DNA from: Gordius albopunctatus
Lineage: Eukaryota
Direction of reading: 5' to 3'
NCBI GenBank assembly: GCA_964276515.1
Contig: OZ193909.1
Span: 14,260,001 to 14,324,000 of the forward strand
DNA length: 64,000 nt
Shown: positions 63,726 to 64,000 of the stretch, one piece after another
Position numbering within the stretch: the stretch's first letter is position 1
Layout of the letters: each line of letters opens with the position of its first letter
Made by a program: the position numbers and the translations under genes
Notes under the pieces: generated by a model
The model's input: only the letters and a program-made list of their open reading frames with translations
What the model was told of the DNA's origin: nothing
Databases searched by the model: none

Positions 63726-64000
63726 CTGAAACAGATGAATATTTAGTCAAAACATCGGTTAATTTTTATAAATCTGAATTTTTGAAAGCATAAAATTCGA
63801 CAATTTTTGAATATTTAAATATATTATCGTTAAGAATATGCTAAAATTTTAGAATTTCAATCGCTCTTTCACTAAATATTTTTTATCAAACAAGTTTAAA
63901 GAGCAATAAATAAAAATAACTATTATTATTTTAAAAAACACCAAAAAATAATTTCCAGAAAAAAAATCTCATCGAAATTTTATAAATTTACTACGACACG

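Overview
AT-rich, repeat-dense eukaryotic (invertebrate-like) genomic window with very short GT-AG introns (33-50 nt); no prokaryotic features. Four host genes can be spliced by eye: GRWD1/Rrb1 (+, 4734-15379), 40S ribosomal protein SA (-, 43441-44732, long low-complexity tail), a secreted-type histidine acid phosphatase (+, 51038-53773) and the 3' half of a CAP/sorbin/vinexin-like triple-SH3 gene (-, ~60987-63725). The rest is mostly transposons: three near full-length RTE LINEs whose 5' ends are twister ribozymes (two form a 3-kb tail-to-tail inverted repeat inside a GRWD1 intron), a LINE>RTE>Gypsy nest, an internally deleted piggyBac, Helitron-like repeats (one family carrying a serpin fragment), many hAT derivatives/MITEs with 8-bp TSDs and a tRNA-headed SINE. 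Most unusual is the Gypsy insert (31242-37298). It has no 5' LTR or gag. It carries an intact RGG+CCHC ORF behind integrase with a splice acceptor abutting its ATG, two diverged LTR-like units at the 3' end, and a duplicated, covariation-supported four-hairpin UNCG RNA element. Together these are a candidate RNA-binding protein/cognate RNA system. All calls were made by eye, without database searches.
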